A stretch of 64,000 nucleotides of DNA from Eledone cirrhosa (GCA_964016885.1 OZ024743.1:220162001-220226000); one strand, 5' to 3'; positions 26,337 to 40,690 are shown, counted from the first letter of the stretch. Numbers and translations: made by a program. Notes: a model not told the origin generated them from the letters alone.

Positions 26337-28682
26337 AACAAAGTCAATCTGTAAACGCAGAACTGGATATTTCAAAAAACGTTGCAACCGGAGGAAGACA
26401 GGAAGACGATACTTTGGTTCGTGGAAACGTTCGCTGGCAAAGAACGGGAAAAAACGAATAATACGTCATTAATAGGAGCGGTGAAAAACAATTACGCGCA
26501 AAGACAGAACCACGTTTATGGTATAAAAGAGGTCGTAGACTAAGGTTCTCTTAGGTGGTGCATAGAGACGTTCTCTGGCAATGAACGAAAAAACGAAGAT
26601 AATACGTCATATGTGGAGCGTGGAGAACAATAGCACGCCAAGACAAAACCACGTAAATGGTATAGCAGAAGTCGTAGACTAAAATTCTAACTAGGAGACC
26701 AAATGAATCTCCGCTACAGAGTTAAGAACAAAGTAAATAAATACAATACAGAAGTAATAGAAATAAATAAATACATACACGCAAACAAATACGTATATAC
26801 ACAAGCATACGCAAAACCTTACCATAGGTATACAAAACCACGCACATATAAATATGTGTGTGTGTGTATGCGTGTATACAAATAAATAAATAATTATATA
26901 AACGTATAAGAATAAATAAATACGCATATAACAAGCGCACACACATACCTACATATAAATACACGAATGTTCGAAGACGTAAGTCAACTAAAACAAGAAG
27001 TACACATATACACACACCCACCATACGTACGAACCTGCATACTCACACAGACGCAAAACTCCCGTATACACATAGCCAAACCCTATGTACCAGAGATATA
27101 AAATTATACGCCATAACAATCAAATATACGTACGAGAAGGTATACGTACCTTCACAAAACATACGGGTAATATATACTTACCTATGCAAATAAGTAAAGG
27201 AATAAACAAAACATATACTTAGCTCCCACATCAAGACGTAAAATATCCACGTATAGATCGTACTATCCGTTAGGGTATAACGTGGGGCTGTAATACAGGA
27301 AAGTTTTGTGCAATTTATGTTTACAAGCCGAAATTGCCTCAGATTTTTTGTTTAAGATGTGATCTGTGGCGTAGAGTATTTCCAGGGCCTCAGCGGCGCA
27401 GAGGTCACATGGTCTTTTATTTCCGTTATACGATCTAGCCCTAGCTAGGATCTCCCAGTGTAACTTATATTGGGTGTGGTTGTCTTTTAGACTCCAGATA
27501 TAAGCTGAAAGTGACATCATATTCCTTCTTAGAGGGTAACGAAAAGAATGGGTATGCATGTAAAGACGCTGCTTGAAACTATTGGCGGTTAACCATATGT
27601 AGGCCCTATGGGACGTGGGTGTTACAACCTTACATTTGTAGACAATGTTACTAGAGAGGCATTTCCCGGATAGGGGCAATCAGCCCGATTCCTACAATTA
27701 CAGTTAGTACTAACTACAGGGTTGCACGTGTTCCTACGGCTAGGTAGTTTAGCTAAATTTGAAGCTGTGATGTTATGTGCAAGGTTAGGAGTCGTAGAGT
27801 AAGAAATCTTAATAGTATTTCTATTAAAAATGTTACTATATTTATGTGTAGGGGGAAAATGCTTCGTAATAAGGGAAAGAAAGATCTTAGCTAATGGTGT
27901 GGCCACCTCCATATTATATGGTGGGTTATACATAGGGTTTGGCTATGTGTATACGGGAGTTTTGCGTCTGTGTGAGTATGCAGGTTCGTACGTATGGTGG
28001 GTGTGTGTATATGTGTACTTCTTGTTTTAGTTGACTTACGTCTCCGAACATTCGTGTATTTTTATGTAGGTATGTGTGTGCGCTTGTTATATACGTATTT
28101 ATTTATTCTTATACGTTTATATAATTATTTATTTATTTGTATACACGCATACACACACACACATATTTATATGTGCGTGGTTTTGTATACCTATGGTAAG
28201 GTTTTGCGTATGCTTGTGTATGTATGTATTTGTTTGCGTGTATGTATTTATTTATTTCTATTACTTCTGTACTGTATTTATTTACTTTGTTCTTAACTCT
28301 GTAGCGGAGATTCATTTGGTCTCCTAGTTAGAATTTTAGTCTACGACTTCTGCTATACCATTTACGTGGTTTTTGTCTTGGCGTGCTATTGTTCTCCACG
28401 CCCCACATATGACGTATTATCTTCGTTTTTTCGTTCATTGCCAGAGAACGTCTCTATGCACCACCTAAGAGAACATTAGTCTACGACCTCTTTTATACCA
28501 TAAACGTGGTTCTGTCTTTGCGCGTAATTGTTTTTCACCGCTCCTATTAATGACGTATTATTCGTTTTTTCCCGTTCTTTGCCAGCGAACGTTTCCACGA
28601 ACCAAAGTATCGTCTTCCTGTCTTCCTCCGGTTGCAACGTTTTTTGAAATATCCAGTTCTGCGTTTACAGATTGACTTTGTT

Positions 28683-28733
28683 AGTTTCAGAAGATCCCGT
28701 TAAGGGTGAAAGCAGCGATTCTTTGCTTAAACT
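28683..28733 (+). ncRNA. Hammerhead-like motif with a variant core, inverted copy
   Basis: Same sequence as 26286-26336. Confidence 0.65.
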
Positions 28734-28840
28734 TTAATCTGTTATTTTAATAAATATTTGCTCTACGGTTCTTATATATTTGATATATATTTATCCTTAT
28801 CGAGCCCTCTTTGGATTTTAGCCTTCAAATTTATTATTAT

Positions 28841-29365
<525 letters not shown>

Positions 29366-29763
29366 CGAATGGCGGCTTGTGAAATATGCACACGCTTTAG
29401 TTTTTAGTGTTTGGTAGTGGTAGTGAGAAACAAGCGATGTTTTCCGATTAACTTGTATGACAGAAACAAACACTTCATTATCGAACATGGCACAAGCAAA
29501 AAATAGAATAAAGGTATAAAGGATTATTTACAATTTATCGGTGAACGACCTGCATGTGTGATTGTCAATAGTTTGAAAATAGCTTTAAAACACCTTTATA
29601 TTTTGCTGTTTTGCCTCGGAGCACGTAAAGCCAATAGAGGTGAAAAGAAAACTTGTAATTGACTAATATGGATTCTGTAGCTTTTCTTTTTGTTTTGTAT
29701 ATCTATATCGCAACATACGTGTATACATATGTATATATATGTGCATGTATGTTTGGATATATG

Positions 29764-29833
<70 letters not shown>

Positions 29834-29855
29834 CACATATATATGAATATATGTA

Positions 29856-29945
<90 letters not shown>

Positions 29946-30081
29946 CAGAAGGGTATTAAAATTTGTCGGTAATTCAAGAAATATAAATGTTTATAACTGA
30001 TTCAGAGTACTCAACAAGTTTTCTGGAGTATAATATACACTGATATTAAATAAATGGAAACTATATTTATAAAACCATATT

Positions 30082-30141
30082 TATTCTATTATATACATTT
30101 CAAGGGTACCAAAATTTGGTACGCTATCATCAAATAAAATA
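30082..30141 (-). ncRNA. Degenerate hammerhead ribozyme (C3 to U)
   Basis: uauuuuau UUGAUGA uagc guaccaaa u uuugguac ccuu GAAA uguaua UA^ auagaaua. Confidence 0.6.
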
Positions 30142-30628
30142 CGAAGTGTGTTTTATAAATTTTGACATAACCAAGGATAATATACCTTAACGGTTCAAGT
30201 TATCCTTAGATAGTGAAGGGAAGAGAAGAAAAGTCAGATATTTCAAATTATTAAGATGAGTATGCAAATGAGGTTTAGGTAAAAGGGCTGAAAAAACGTT
30301 ATTTTAGATGCTATGGAAAATTTAAATAATTATGATAAGTTATTGTATGCGTAGGAAAAGAAGAGAAAGGAAGAAGAGCTAGCATTTACGTTAATTTGGG
30401 GGAAAAGATTTATTTACCTATATTATGAGTTATAATATTGTATATATAATTAATTATATTATATGAAGAATTATGGTTGTAAGTATTTTTATCTTATTAC
30501 ATTACGATAGGTTATATGTATATAAATATCTCTATATATATTAATAAATTGCGTATGAATTTTCAGAATGTCATTTAAAGATTATCAATCTACATCTAAA
30601 AATATATTTATAGGGGTGTCCTTAGAAC

Positions 30629-30738
30629 AATAATGTCGGAATTAAAAATAATGTCGGAATTAAAAATAATGTCGGAATTAAAAATAATGTCGGAATTAAA
30701 AATAATGTCAGAATTAAAATAATGTCGGAAATTAAAAT
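30629..30738 (+). repeat. 18-bp minisatellite, about 6 units (taatgtcggaattaaaaa)
   Basis: Direct read. Confidence 0.9.
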
Positions 30739-31472
30739 ATTAAATATATATTAAAAATATTATAAATGTTAGAGATATAAAAAAATTTATGAAATATTAA
30801 AAATATTTAAAAAATATAAAAAAATATTAAAAATATTAAACAATTTTTATATTTAAATTTTTAAAAAAGTTAGGATCATTTTGAAGGTGTATAGGAATAT
30901 TATAAATTAAAAATAGTTCTGAACGTGGAATTTTGGCGATGTTTGCAAGAAGAAAATAATTTTGTTCTGAGATTAATATTTTTCCTCTCTATTTGTTATT
31001 CAAACATTCACACATCTTTCGACTAAAATAATGGATCTCACACAAAATAATATATAATTTTTTCTATATATTTTGGAGTAAATCATTCATCTAATTTAAT
31101 GGTTAACAAACAAAATTGGAGTTATCTTTCCTTTCTCAATCGTGCAAACAAACATATTATAGTTGATAATCTGTACAGCTTTGCTAAATTAACAATATTC
31201 TAAAAACATTTTCAATGTTGAACAACATTTTTGAATCCGCAAATTGTTCTACTCTCACAACTTGAACCACCTATTTTTAAGTAAAATACAAATTCAACAT
31301 CCTTCGTAACTCATAGTTGATATATAAACAACTAATACATACGCAATTTATCAATATATATATATAGATATTTATATACATATAACCTATCCTAATGTAA
31401 TAAGATAAAAATACTTACAACCATAATTCTTCATATAATCTAATTGATTATATATACAATATTATAACTCAT

Positions 31473-31659
31473 AATTGTTTCTACTTTTGGCACAAGGCCA
31501 GCAATTACCCAGTGTATTACTGGTACTTTATTTTATCGACCCCGTAAGGATGAAAGGCAAAGTTAACCTCGGCAGGATTTGAACTCAGAGTGGCAAGGGC
31601 CGTAACTCTATGCGTCAAAGCATGGCGTCCGACCCTCTACCGATACTGCCAATCCACCA
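31473..31659 (-). mobile_element. tRNA-derived SINE with target-site duplication actcataat
   Basis: Family consensus. actcataat at about 31467-31475 and 31659-31667; the uninterrupted site is visible in the other inverted-repeat arm near 30422-30430. Confidence 0.9.
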
Positions 31660-31998
31660 CTCATAATATAGGTAAATAAATCTTTTCCCCCAAATTAACG
31701 TAAATGTTAGCTCTTCTTCCTTTCTCTTCTTTCCTACGCATACAATAACTTATCATAATTATTTCACTTTTCCATAGTGTCTAAAATAACGTTTTTTAAT
31801 ATTGCAAACATAAACATATTATGGTTGATAATCTGTATAGCTTTGCTAAATTAACAATATTCTGAAAACATTTTCAATGTTGAACAAAATTTTGAATCTA
31901 CAACATCCGAAATCTTGAAGCAAAAAAGATAAATTTTCTTCAAATAATACCCTTCTGCGTTAATATCAGGATATTATAAACACTCAGTCGACTCTATG

Positions 31999-32275
31999 TG
32001 AAGGCACGTGACCTAGTGGTAAGTGTGTTGGACCTACGATCATAATGTCGTGGGTTCGATTCCTGATGCGTGTTGTGTTCTTGAGCAAAACACTTCATTT
32101 CACACTGCTCCAGTATACTCAGCTAAAAATGAGTACCACCAATAGCTAGGTAGTTAAACCTAAGATGGACTAGCGTCCTGTCCAGCGGGGAGTATTGTAC
32201 TCTCAATCGCTTCGTGCCAGGGAAACAGGGATAAGCATCGGCCTGATAAGCTCCCGGGCTCGAGACAGACTTTAG
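31999..32275 (+). mobile_element. Second tRNA-derived SINE family (CORE/V-domain-like)
   Basis: A-box tgacctagtgg, B-box ggttcgattcc, tgttgtgttcttgagcaaaacactt and gatggactagcgtcctgtccag. Confidence 0.75.
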
Positions 32276-32344
32276 ACATTTAACTTTAACCGACTCTACT
32301 AATTCTACAGCAGTACAATCATACCTAGACACACTTTAATATTA

Positions 32345-33087
32345 TCTCCTTATAATATATAACCAGCAATTTCTCTGTCTGTCCGACAGTGGAAACACGT
32401 GCGCGCGTGGTTGCTATCTCTCTCTCTCTCCAGCTATCCCTCTCTTTTAGTCTGTCTGTTTCTCTCACTCTCACTCTTTCTCTTTGTAACACACTAACAT
32501 TCCTCCCCTCTATCGCTGTGATGAATGGGGAGATGGAGGAGGAGGAGGAGGAGGAGGAGGAGGAGGAGGAGAGAATCACTTCGTCACTTCACCTCTGCCT
32601 TTCTTTCTCGCCCCTCTCACTCCCTCATTACGTACAGACATTAGGGCGGTGGATTGGCAGAATCTGTAGAGAGTCGGACACCATGCTTCATAGCATGGAG
32701 TTACGTCCCTTTACGGTCTGAGTTCAAATACCGCCGAGGTTAACTTTGCCTTTCATCCTCACGGGGTCGATAAAATAAAGTACCAGTAATGCACTGGGTA
32801 ATTGCTGGCCTTGTGCCAAAAGTAGAAACAATTATTAGAAACATTGCTTCATTTTTACATATCTAAGCATTAGTAAAATAACTAATAATTTCAAAAGTAA
32901 TTTTTCAATTCCAATTGTTATGAACAGCAAAACATTAATAATAATTTTGTTCTAAGAAATATATATACATTTCTGTGTGTGTAATATATATATATATACA
33001 CACAGAAATTTATATACATTTCTGTGTGTGTAATATATATATATATATATACACACACAGAAATATATATACATTTCTGTGTGTGTA

Positions 33088-33118
<31 letters not shown>

Positions 33119-33659
33119 GAAATATATGGGCATTTCTCTGTTTGTCTGTCTGTCCTTCCCTAAAACTCAAATGTAGGTGCTACAGAAATATTACCTTCCC
33201 CTTCCTTTATCCACTTTGGTACTACCAAGAGAAACACTGTCGCTATAGAAACATTACCTTCCCCTCTCCACTGACTTTGGTCACTGAGGCCGAGGGAATC
33301 GCTGGTTGCTATAGAGACACCTTGCACAAGCCAGAAGTAACCAGTTCGAGGCGGTTCTGACTTGACAACATGCCAAGGACCATTTGAAGATATATTTCCA
33401 TCGTTATATCATAACGTTTAAGTATCATAACGTTTATATTTCCGTCACTAATCTCTTTTTCTCCTTTTTCGTTTTAACATATATTTATTTCAAAGATTTC
33501 ACCGTATAGATAACATATATATTTATACATGCATAAAAGACACACAGAGAGACGGTGAACATGTGGTGCCGAAAACATTTCTCATCCAAATCTCAACAAT
33601 ATCAGTATATACACTAGATTTGCTAGAAGAAAACCGCCCACCGGGTGGTTTTCTGCTAG
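32345..33659 (+). mobile_element. Non-autonomous Helitron-like element A (contains a SINE and a palindromic minisatellite)
   Basis: Candidate 5' A|TC start at 32345. 3' hairpin agaaaaccgccc-acc-gggtggttttct followed by gCTAG at 33656-33659. The 5' boundary is less certain than the 3' boundary. Confidence 0.6.
32644..32835 (+). mobile_element. tRNA-derived SINE
   Basis: Full-length match to the family consensus. Confidence 0.88.
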
Positions 33660-34259
33660 TCTATATATATAAAACTGAGGATGTCTGTGTGTGTGTGTGT
33701 GTGTGTGTGTGAGTTTGAATCCCTAAAACTAGAGAAGCACCCAACCGACTGTTTTCAAAATTTACACATGTAATACTTATGTTTCAGGGAGTGTTCTGAG
33801 CAAAACAAATTTCAAATTTTCAATGCCCTAGGGACCGCGTTAGGCGATTTAGTGATCTCTCTCTATAATTCTCAGTCTTTCTCTTTTTAGATAGATACAT
33901 ACATATAACGCCGCGCCCTTATAATATCTGTCTGTATGTCTGGCTGTCTGCATTACGTCACTTCCTACAATTCGCTCTGCGTCCAGAACGCGCCCTTATA
34001 ATATCTGTCTGTATGTCTGCTGTCTGCTATATCCGGTTATTCTGCCACCCTTGCTCAAGACAAATCTCACACTCATTCCCCAAACAGTTGATAAGTGCAC
34101 ACAACTTCTTCCTCACGTTTTAAGCCACAGTGTTGCTTACTTACGTACCACCAGACCCTTACTTCTTTGCCAGCCGTGGTGTGGCAATACTAAGCTTAGC
34201 TAAGCCGGTTATATATTTCACAATACCTTATCCCGTGCAACACCGGGTACCACTGCTAG
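33660..34259 (+). mobile_element. Non-autonomous Helitron-like element B
   Basis: 5' TCtatatatataaaa, an internal (TG)n, and a 3' hairpin cccgtgcaacaccggg followed by CTAG|T at 34256-34260. Confidence 0.75.
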
Positions 34260-34884
34260 TATATTATACACACACCTTAACATTAATTTTTATATGGATT
34301 TAGTTTTCATATAATTTTTATTTATTCTTTATTTTGTTCATTGAGGGTAGGACATGTTTAATGTTATCAAACTAAGAAAATAATGTAATTAAAACACATT
34401 TAAAGAAAGGAGGTATGATCTATTATACACAATAATTTTTGATAATTTAATAGAATCATTGGAGTTAATGAAACGTTTATAAGTAAATTACAGAAGAAAA
34501 TGTATATCTAATTAAATCTGAAGTATAATCAACATGAATGCATTAAACGTAGACAGTAAGTGGGTGTTTTCACTTCAACTTACTTTCCTCAAATGCATTA
34601 ATGATTGAATCTATGTTAAACAATCACAATTTAAATAAAACGTTCATAATTATTTTGAGTGGCTGATAACAAGATATAATAAATACATGGATAGGGGAAA
34701 CAGAGAAGAATGTATGAGCTTCAAGTTAAACATTGATTGATTTTTCTATTCCTTCGCTTAAGTGATTGATATTACACATAACTTTTATTTGTCACTAACG
34801 CCAGCATTGGTTTTGTTTATTATTTTTCAACAAAGCCGTTGATTACCATGAATTTATATATAATGTGTAAGTGTGTATATATGC

Positions 34885-35008
<124 letters not shown>

Positions 35009-35102
35009 GTAGAACACTGGAAGGTAATATCCGTAGTGGTAGAACACTCAGTCCATGGGACGAGTTAGGTAGAAGTGGTAACACAACAGTTAGTTCACCA
35101 TA

Positions 35103-35139
35103 CCGAGAACAATTGTTTCACCTTAGCGGATCAGCTCGG
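35103..35139 (-). ncRNA. Hammerhead remnant with a core deletion, at the 5' edge of a solo fragment (35008-35140)
   Basis: ccgag CUGAU cc gcuaa gg u GAAA caauug UU cucgg. Helix I and palindromic helix III are intact; G8/A9 are missing. Confidence 0.6.
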
Positions 35140-35149
35140 ATATATATAT

Positions 35150-35267
<118 letters not shown>

Positions 35268-35279
35268 TATATATATAAC

Positions 35280-35368
<89 letters not shown>

Positions 35369-37139
35369 TTCTTTTGTTAATGGTTCAGTATGTTTTTTGT
35401 GGGTGTTGTTGGCTTTTGTTTGTGTTGATAGTAAGGCGTTTATGAATTAACAGTGAAACATAAGTTTAATGAATTAATGTTATCGTTAGAGGGTAAAGAG
35501 TGCACATGATTTAGTTGACGGTACGAAACAATAAACAGTCGCTGGTTCACATCGTAATACTGCTTCCAATAACGATGTTAATTTAGTTAGATTTACGTCC
35601 CATAAAATATGCCCCTCGCCCCTTTACCCAACTATTAACTGTAGAAAGCATAATATATTTATTTGCAAGTCGTTAGGTTGTAGGTTTAAGACCAAATGTT
35701 CCTTCCAATACGAAGAAGAGAAAGGGAAAACACCCCACAGAATAACGAAACCTGTAGCCGTGTTAACACTGATACAGTTGGTCTGCGGTAAAATTAATAG
35801 CATATCTTCAAATACTTGCGTTAAATACTTGCATTTAATGCATCATACAGATTATTAATTGAGATATTGTATGATAATGGAGGTTGAGCTGATAGTAGAA
35901 TGTTTCTTTATTAATTAAATAGACTACCATTCATTTAAGAATATATGTTTCTGGTTAATCAGTTTCCATTCACGCCCTATTAATTATACTACAAGATATT
36001 AATTATACAGCGATTAGCGTTTACTTTCAGTTTTTCACGGTTGATTCTCGTGTTCATTAAAGAGCATTATGCACGTAAAAGTTAAATTGATTATCATGTC
36101 AAAGAAAATTGTCGGTCATTTTATAGATCTTCTTGGCGTAGTTTTATGGTACCGCCTTCAAGTAAGAACATACTTAAGAATATATGCTGGTGATCAAGTA
36201 ACTATTCCTCTCGACCAGGAGAATTGAAACATATTAAGTTAAATGTTCAACTGAGAAACATTTTAAAACATGTTTTCGTGATCATAAACTTCGCTGGGCG
36301 TTTGATCTCACAATCAGATTCAACAGATCAATTGTTGTTGTTTTTTGTTTTTGTTTTTTTACATTGTCAGAGCTAAGTGTGAACTGACAATATATCGATT
36401 AGATTTTCCGTTCCTCTGTAAATACCATCTATATTGTGAGTTTCATAACCCATTACGGTACAGAATTTTCATTACAAATGCTACTTCGTATAGTGTACAA
36501 AAAGAAAGTCAGCTAGGTGGTGTACATTTCTCTTTGAATTGCACTTGAAGAGAGATTTGAAGGCAATATTGCAAGCTAAGGAACCACCTATTAATCCTGA
36601 GGTGCACTTGTAATTATTTCCCCTCTAAATGTGATGAGCTGCTAATACACCTACTAGGTCAAAAATTATTTTTCTGCTCATCTGTGATTGAATTCTATGT
36701 AGTGTGTATCTAGTTTATAGCGCATTAGTGTGTAGAGTTAGCGATGACGGTTTTGTTTCCATATACTGTATTAAAACAGAGATACTTTTCCTTCTTTTCT
36801 TTCATAAATATAGAACAGTGAAATGCAACAAAGCTATTCTATTACAGTTGGACTTCAAAAGAACATAATATTACATTCAGTATCAAGTACAATATCATAG
36901 AAAGATGTAAATCATACAAAAATGGTACTTAAAACTTATGTACAGCTGAAATAAAACTGCAGACGACTTTCTAACTATCAGGCATGAGATTATCAACAAG
37001 TGTCTTCACTTCCACAAATACTTCCTGAAATATGGATGGAATGGATTCAGTTTCTTTTTTGATTTCACGTTGAAACAATTAATTCTTAAGTAGAATTACT
37101 GATTTTTTTGTGGAAGAGAAGGGATGGAATGGATCTCCA

Positions 37140-37320
37140 CTGGTTTCGACGGTGAGTATTCAATTTCCTCGATCAATGGAACAGCCTACTCGGGAAATTA
37201 TCGTGTAAATGGGTGAGCATTACACGAACACGTGTACACGTTAATGTAATTCTCAGTGGGATCGAACCTGACACAGTATCTAACAAGGATAACCCTTTGA
37301 ATTACTGGTACAGTTCATCA
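37140..37320 (-). mobile_element. Old SINE 3' part (cephalopod-type, recognised from memory)
   Basis: gatcaatggaacagcctactcgggaaattatcgtg...cacgtgtacacgttaatgtaattctc...tgacacag resembles a common octopus interspersed repeat. Confidence 0.45.
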
Positions 37321-38289
37321 GACAGACAGTCTCCTAAATAGTTTACATCTACTAAAGTTCGCTAGAAAAGCTTGGGTCGACCATAGGTTATGGTAAATTA
37401 TATTTGTCCAAGAGGCCAGGCTGTGGTTGCAAAACGAAATTCTTAACCATTCGGTCCTGCTGTGGTTACTAAACAGACGACCGATTACGTGCATCATTTC
37501 TGAAACTTCACCTACAAAGCATTGATCGTTCTCTGAAAATTAGAGGTTGACAGGTAATATGTGCATGAAGGACGTCTCAAAAGATAATCGGTTCTGTGGA
37601 ACAGTTGATTAAGGGGACCACAGTTTACTGGGCCGCAGTCAAGGGATCCACAATATTCAAAGAGCCCTAAATTAGATTTTTGCTATCATAGATGATATGC
37701 AAGCGTCAAATGATATTTCCAGTCATCATGCAAGCTTAATCCGCCCATGGTTCTAGGGAGGAAAGATTCGTTTAAAGTATTCAACATTAGTCTTCGTAGA
37801 CAAACAAACACAATGACTAATGCTTGTAAGCACTTAGCAATGTTGACTAAGGATGATACAATTTGATAACAATTGTTATATTGTTAATCTTACAATGTCT
37901 AAAAATCAGCGTACATATGAGAAAGCACTTCGTTATTCGCTTGATTTGATAAGATACTGTTATTGTCGTCGTTGTTGTTGTTGATGTCGACGTCGTCGTC
38001 GTTGCTGTTGTTGTTGGTGGTGGTCGTGGTGTTTTGTCTGAGCGAGTAAAATAAAAGGAAAATAATAAAAAAAACATATGGGGAGAGAAGTAAAATATAA
38101 TGGAAATTAGGAAAATAGAGGGAAAGAATATATATGTGTATAAATATATACATACATACATACATACATACATACACATATCTATATGTGTGTGGTATGT
38201 GTATATATATATAATTGTAGAATCATTCGGCAAATGAGAGATGTAAAATATTATAAAATTTAGGGAGATAGTGGCAAATATTAATACAC

Positions 38290-38370
<81 letters not shown>

Positions 38371-38729
38371 CAAATGTAGAATCAATCGGCACTGGTGTAA
38401 TACACATTTTATCAATAATGGTATATACAAAGAAAAAAAGGATTAAAAAATGATGACAGCGAATGTATGATTTGTTTGATGATGTTATCTGTGTGAAGAG
38501 TAGTCGTTAAATGAATTAATGAACGTCGGGTTGTGTGGAAGTATATATATGTAATGTATGTATGTATGTAATGTATGTATGTATGTATGTATGTATGTAT
38601 GTATGTATGTATGTATGTATGTATGTATGTATGTATGTATGTATGTATGTGTGTATGTATATATGTGTGTGCGTATGTATGTGTGTGTGTGTATGTGTGT
38701 ATGAATGTATGCATGCATGTATGTATGTA

Positions 38730-39611
38730 TCTTTTCTCTTTCTCTTAATTTCGAGTATATTTTTTTGACCGGCCACCTTCCTCGTGGCAAGGTTGTAAAA
38801 GAAAAGAAATTGTCATCCCTTGAATCGCAAGAATGTTTTGCAAATTTTGAAGGTGCCAGCTATCGCAGCCATTTGTAGACTATGAATTAGAGAGCTGCGC
38901 TTTTTGACCCCGGCCACCTTCCTTGCGTGAGAAGTATAGCCTATCCACATCACCATTGATGTTAAAGTTCCCAGTAACACTGAGAAGTTTTCGATTTCTA
39001 ACATCCATCTCACTTAGTTCTTGCAATGACCAGTTCAGCAGGCCAAATGTTGGCGTTAGAATTGGCACAGCATAAGTATTGTGGGCAATGTATTTGTTGT
39101 ATGCTGACAGTTCTGATGACCATATTTTCTTTACTCTTCTGAGGTATTCAGTTCTGGTTCTCTCCTTATTTATGGGTCCATCATATCTGACATTCTCATC
39201 CTGTCCAAGATATCTGTAGTTGTCACCTGACTGCAGAGGTTGTATTGTCAGGCCGTTCATCTCTAGATTTCTAGAGGAGGGCACAGCTCTTCCACGTTTT
39301 ACTGCCAAATATGCACACTTGGACTCACCAAATTTCATTTTGATGTCGGTTGAAAATTGTGTAATGAGGTCCAATTGTTTCTTGATGTCATTGATATTTG
39401 GCCCATACAACTTCAGGTCATCAACAAAGAAAAGATGGGAGATACTTCTGGGCCCACTTCTTTGTCCAACTTGTTTCCTGAGTAGGTAAGATAGTGGATT
39501 CAGTGAGAGAACGAAGAGTAGCACTGACAAGCTATCACCCTGAAAGATGCCCTTCTGGTAATGTATCTTATCAGTCTTAACCTGCTCCTTCTCACCTCTT
39601 GGTCAGGCGTT
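38730..39611 (-). mobile_element. R4/Dong-like LINE of a second family, 5'-truncated with a large internal deletion
   Basis: GIFQGDSLSVLLFVLSLNPL..HLFFVDDLKLY..FGESKCAY..YRYLG..DVDRLY..KEGGRG joined to the C-terminal LQMAAIAGTFKICKTFL. (CATA/TATG)n on both sides. Confidence 0.85.
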
Positions 39612-39691
39612 CATGTATGTATGTATGTATGTATGTATGTATGTATGTATGTATGTATGTATGTATGTATGTATGTATGTATGTATGTATG

Positions 39692-40300
39692 TCAGGTCAC
39701 CAGTTGGTGCTACTGGTAACATGTATCCCAGTACAACCTGTCTCATGGTCGGGTCGTTGGCGACTAAACTGGCAACCCCACCAAGATTTTTTGGTGAGGA
39801 GGCTGACTTTGGACATCCTGCAGGACTAAAAACAAAACCTGTCAAAGGGCAAAGGAGCTCTTAAGAGTCAATGGCCATCCAAAATCACCGGGAGAGATGC
39901 CCCCTTAGCCTTTGTCAAGGCAGAATTCTAGGAGAAGGAAAACTCTGATATAACACCTGCAACCCTGATGATATCCAATGATGTTGACTTGTTCTTCTTT
40001 TTGGTAAATATCATCTTGGTTAAGAGAGTGGGACTGGCTTTGTGCAGTGCCTTTGCTTACTATAAAAGCTTCACGGCACAGGCATTGCTTTATATCTGGA
40101 GATCTTTCTGCACTTGTCGTCACATGGTACCATGGGCCCAGCACTATGTGTCAATAATTGTCACAAGTGTAGTGTTTGTACCAGAGTTTTGAAGTCGCTG
40201 GCTGGACTAAAAAGTCATACTCGTTCAGCGCATTGGTAGGGGTTCTCCTACATGGATATAAAGTAGTGGCCGTACTCGAAAACGAGTTAGCAGCCACCAT
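39692..40300 (+). mobile_element. Non-autonomous RTE-related element, full-length copy E
   Basis: Colinear with 6158-6766 and has the same 5' start after (TATG)n. Confidence 0.85.
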
Positions 40301-40338
40301 GTATGTATGTATGTATGTATGTATGTATGTATGTATGT

Positions 40339-40690
40339 ATGTATGTATGTATGTATGTATGGTATCCAATGATGTTGACTTGTTCTTCTTTTTGGTAAAT
40401 ATCATCTTGGTTAAGAGAGTGGGACTGGCTTTGTGCAGTGCCTTTGCTCACTATAAAAGCTTCACGGCACAGGCATTGCTTTATATCTGGTGATCTCTCT
40501 GCACTTGTCGTCACATGGTACCATGGGCCCAGCACTAGGTGTCAATAATTGTCACAAGTGTAGTGTTTGTACCAGAGTTTTGAAGTCGCTGGCTGGACTA
40601 AAAAGTCATACTCGTTCAGCGCATCGGTAGGGGTTCTCCTACATGGTTATAAAGTAGTGGCCGTACTCGTAAACGAGTTGGCAGCCACCA
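40339..40690 (+). mobile_element. Non-autonomous RTE-related element, 5'-truncated copy F in the tail of copy E
   Basis: Matches 39968-40300 and has (TATG)n on both sides. Confidence 0.85.

Larger units (their letters stand above)
26267..28752 (-). mobile_element. 5'-truncated Penelope-like element with about 820-bp inverted repeats (26267-27089 / 27929-28752)
   Basis: The spacer holds a frameshifted GIY-YIG region: YNPPY..HFPP.H.Y..IFNRNTIKISYS..CNCR...CP / C...NIVYKC...YI.LT..FKQRL..H (ORFs 27622-27933 and 27263-27679). The arms are near-perfect reverse complements, which produces mirror ORFs in the track. Confidence 0.9.
29945..31960. mobile_element. Decayed AT-rich PLE-terminus-like region with nested inverted and direct repeats
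   Basis: Inverted repeat 30291-30557 / 31338-31797 (right arm interrupted by a SINE), direct repeat 31143-31240 / 31803-31900, short outer inverted repeat gcagaagggtatt / aatacccttctgc, and a degenerate hammerhead at 30082-30141. Confidence 0.55.

Noticed and set aside
31999-32065. tRNA gene
   Set aside because: A and B boxes are present, but there is no complete cloverleaf and it continues into SINE body sequence.
35450-37850. Host exons in the longest low-repeat stretch
   Set aside because: No ORF with a recognisable domain or convincing splice-site pair. Small exons cannot be excluded without transcript data.
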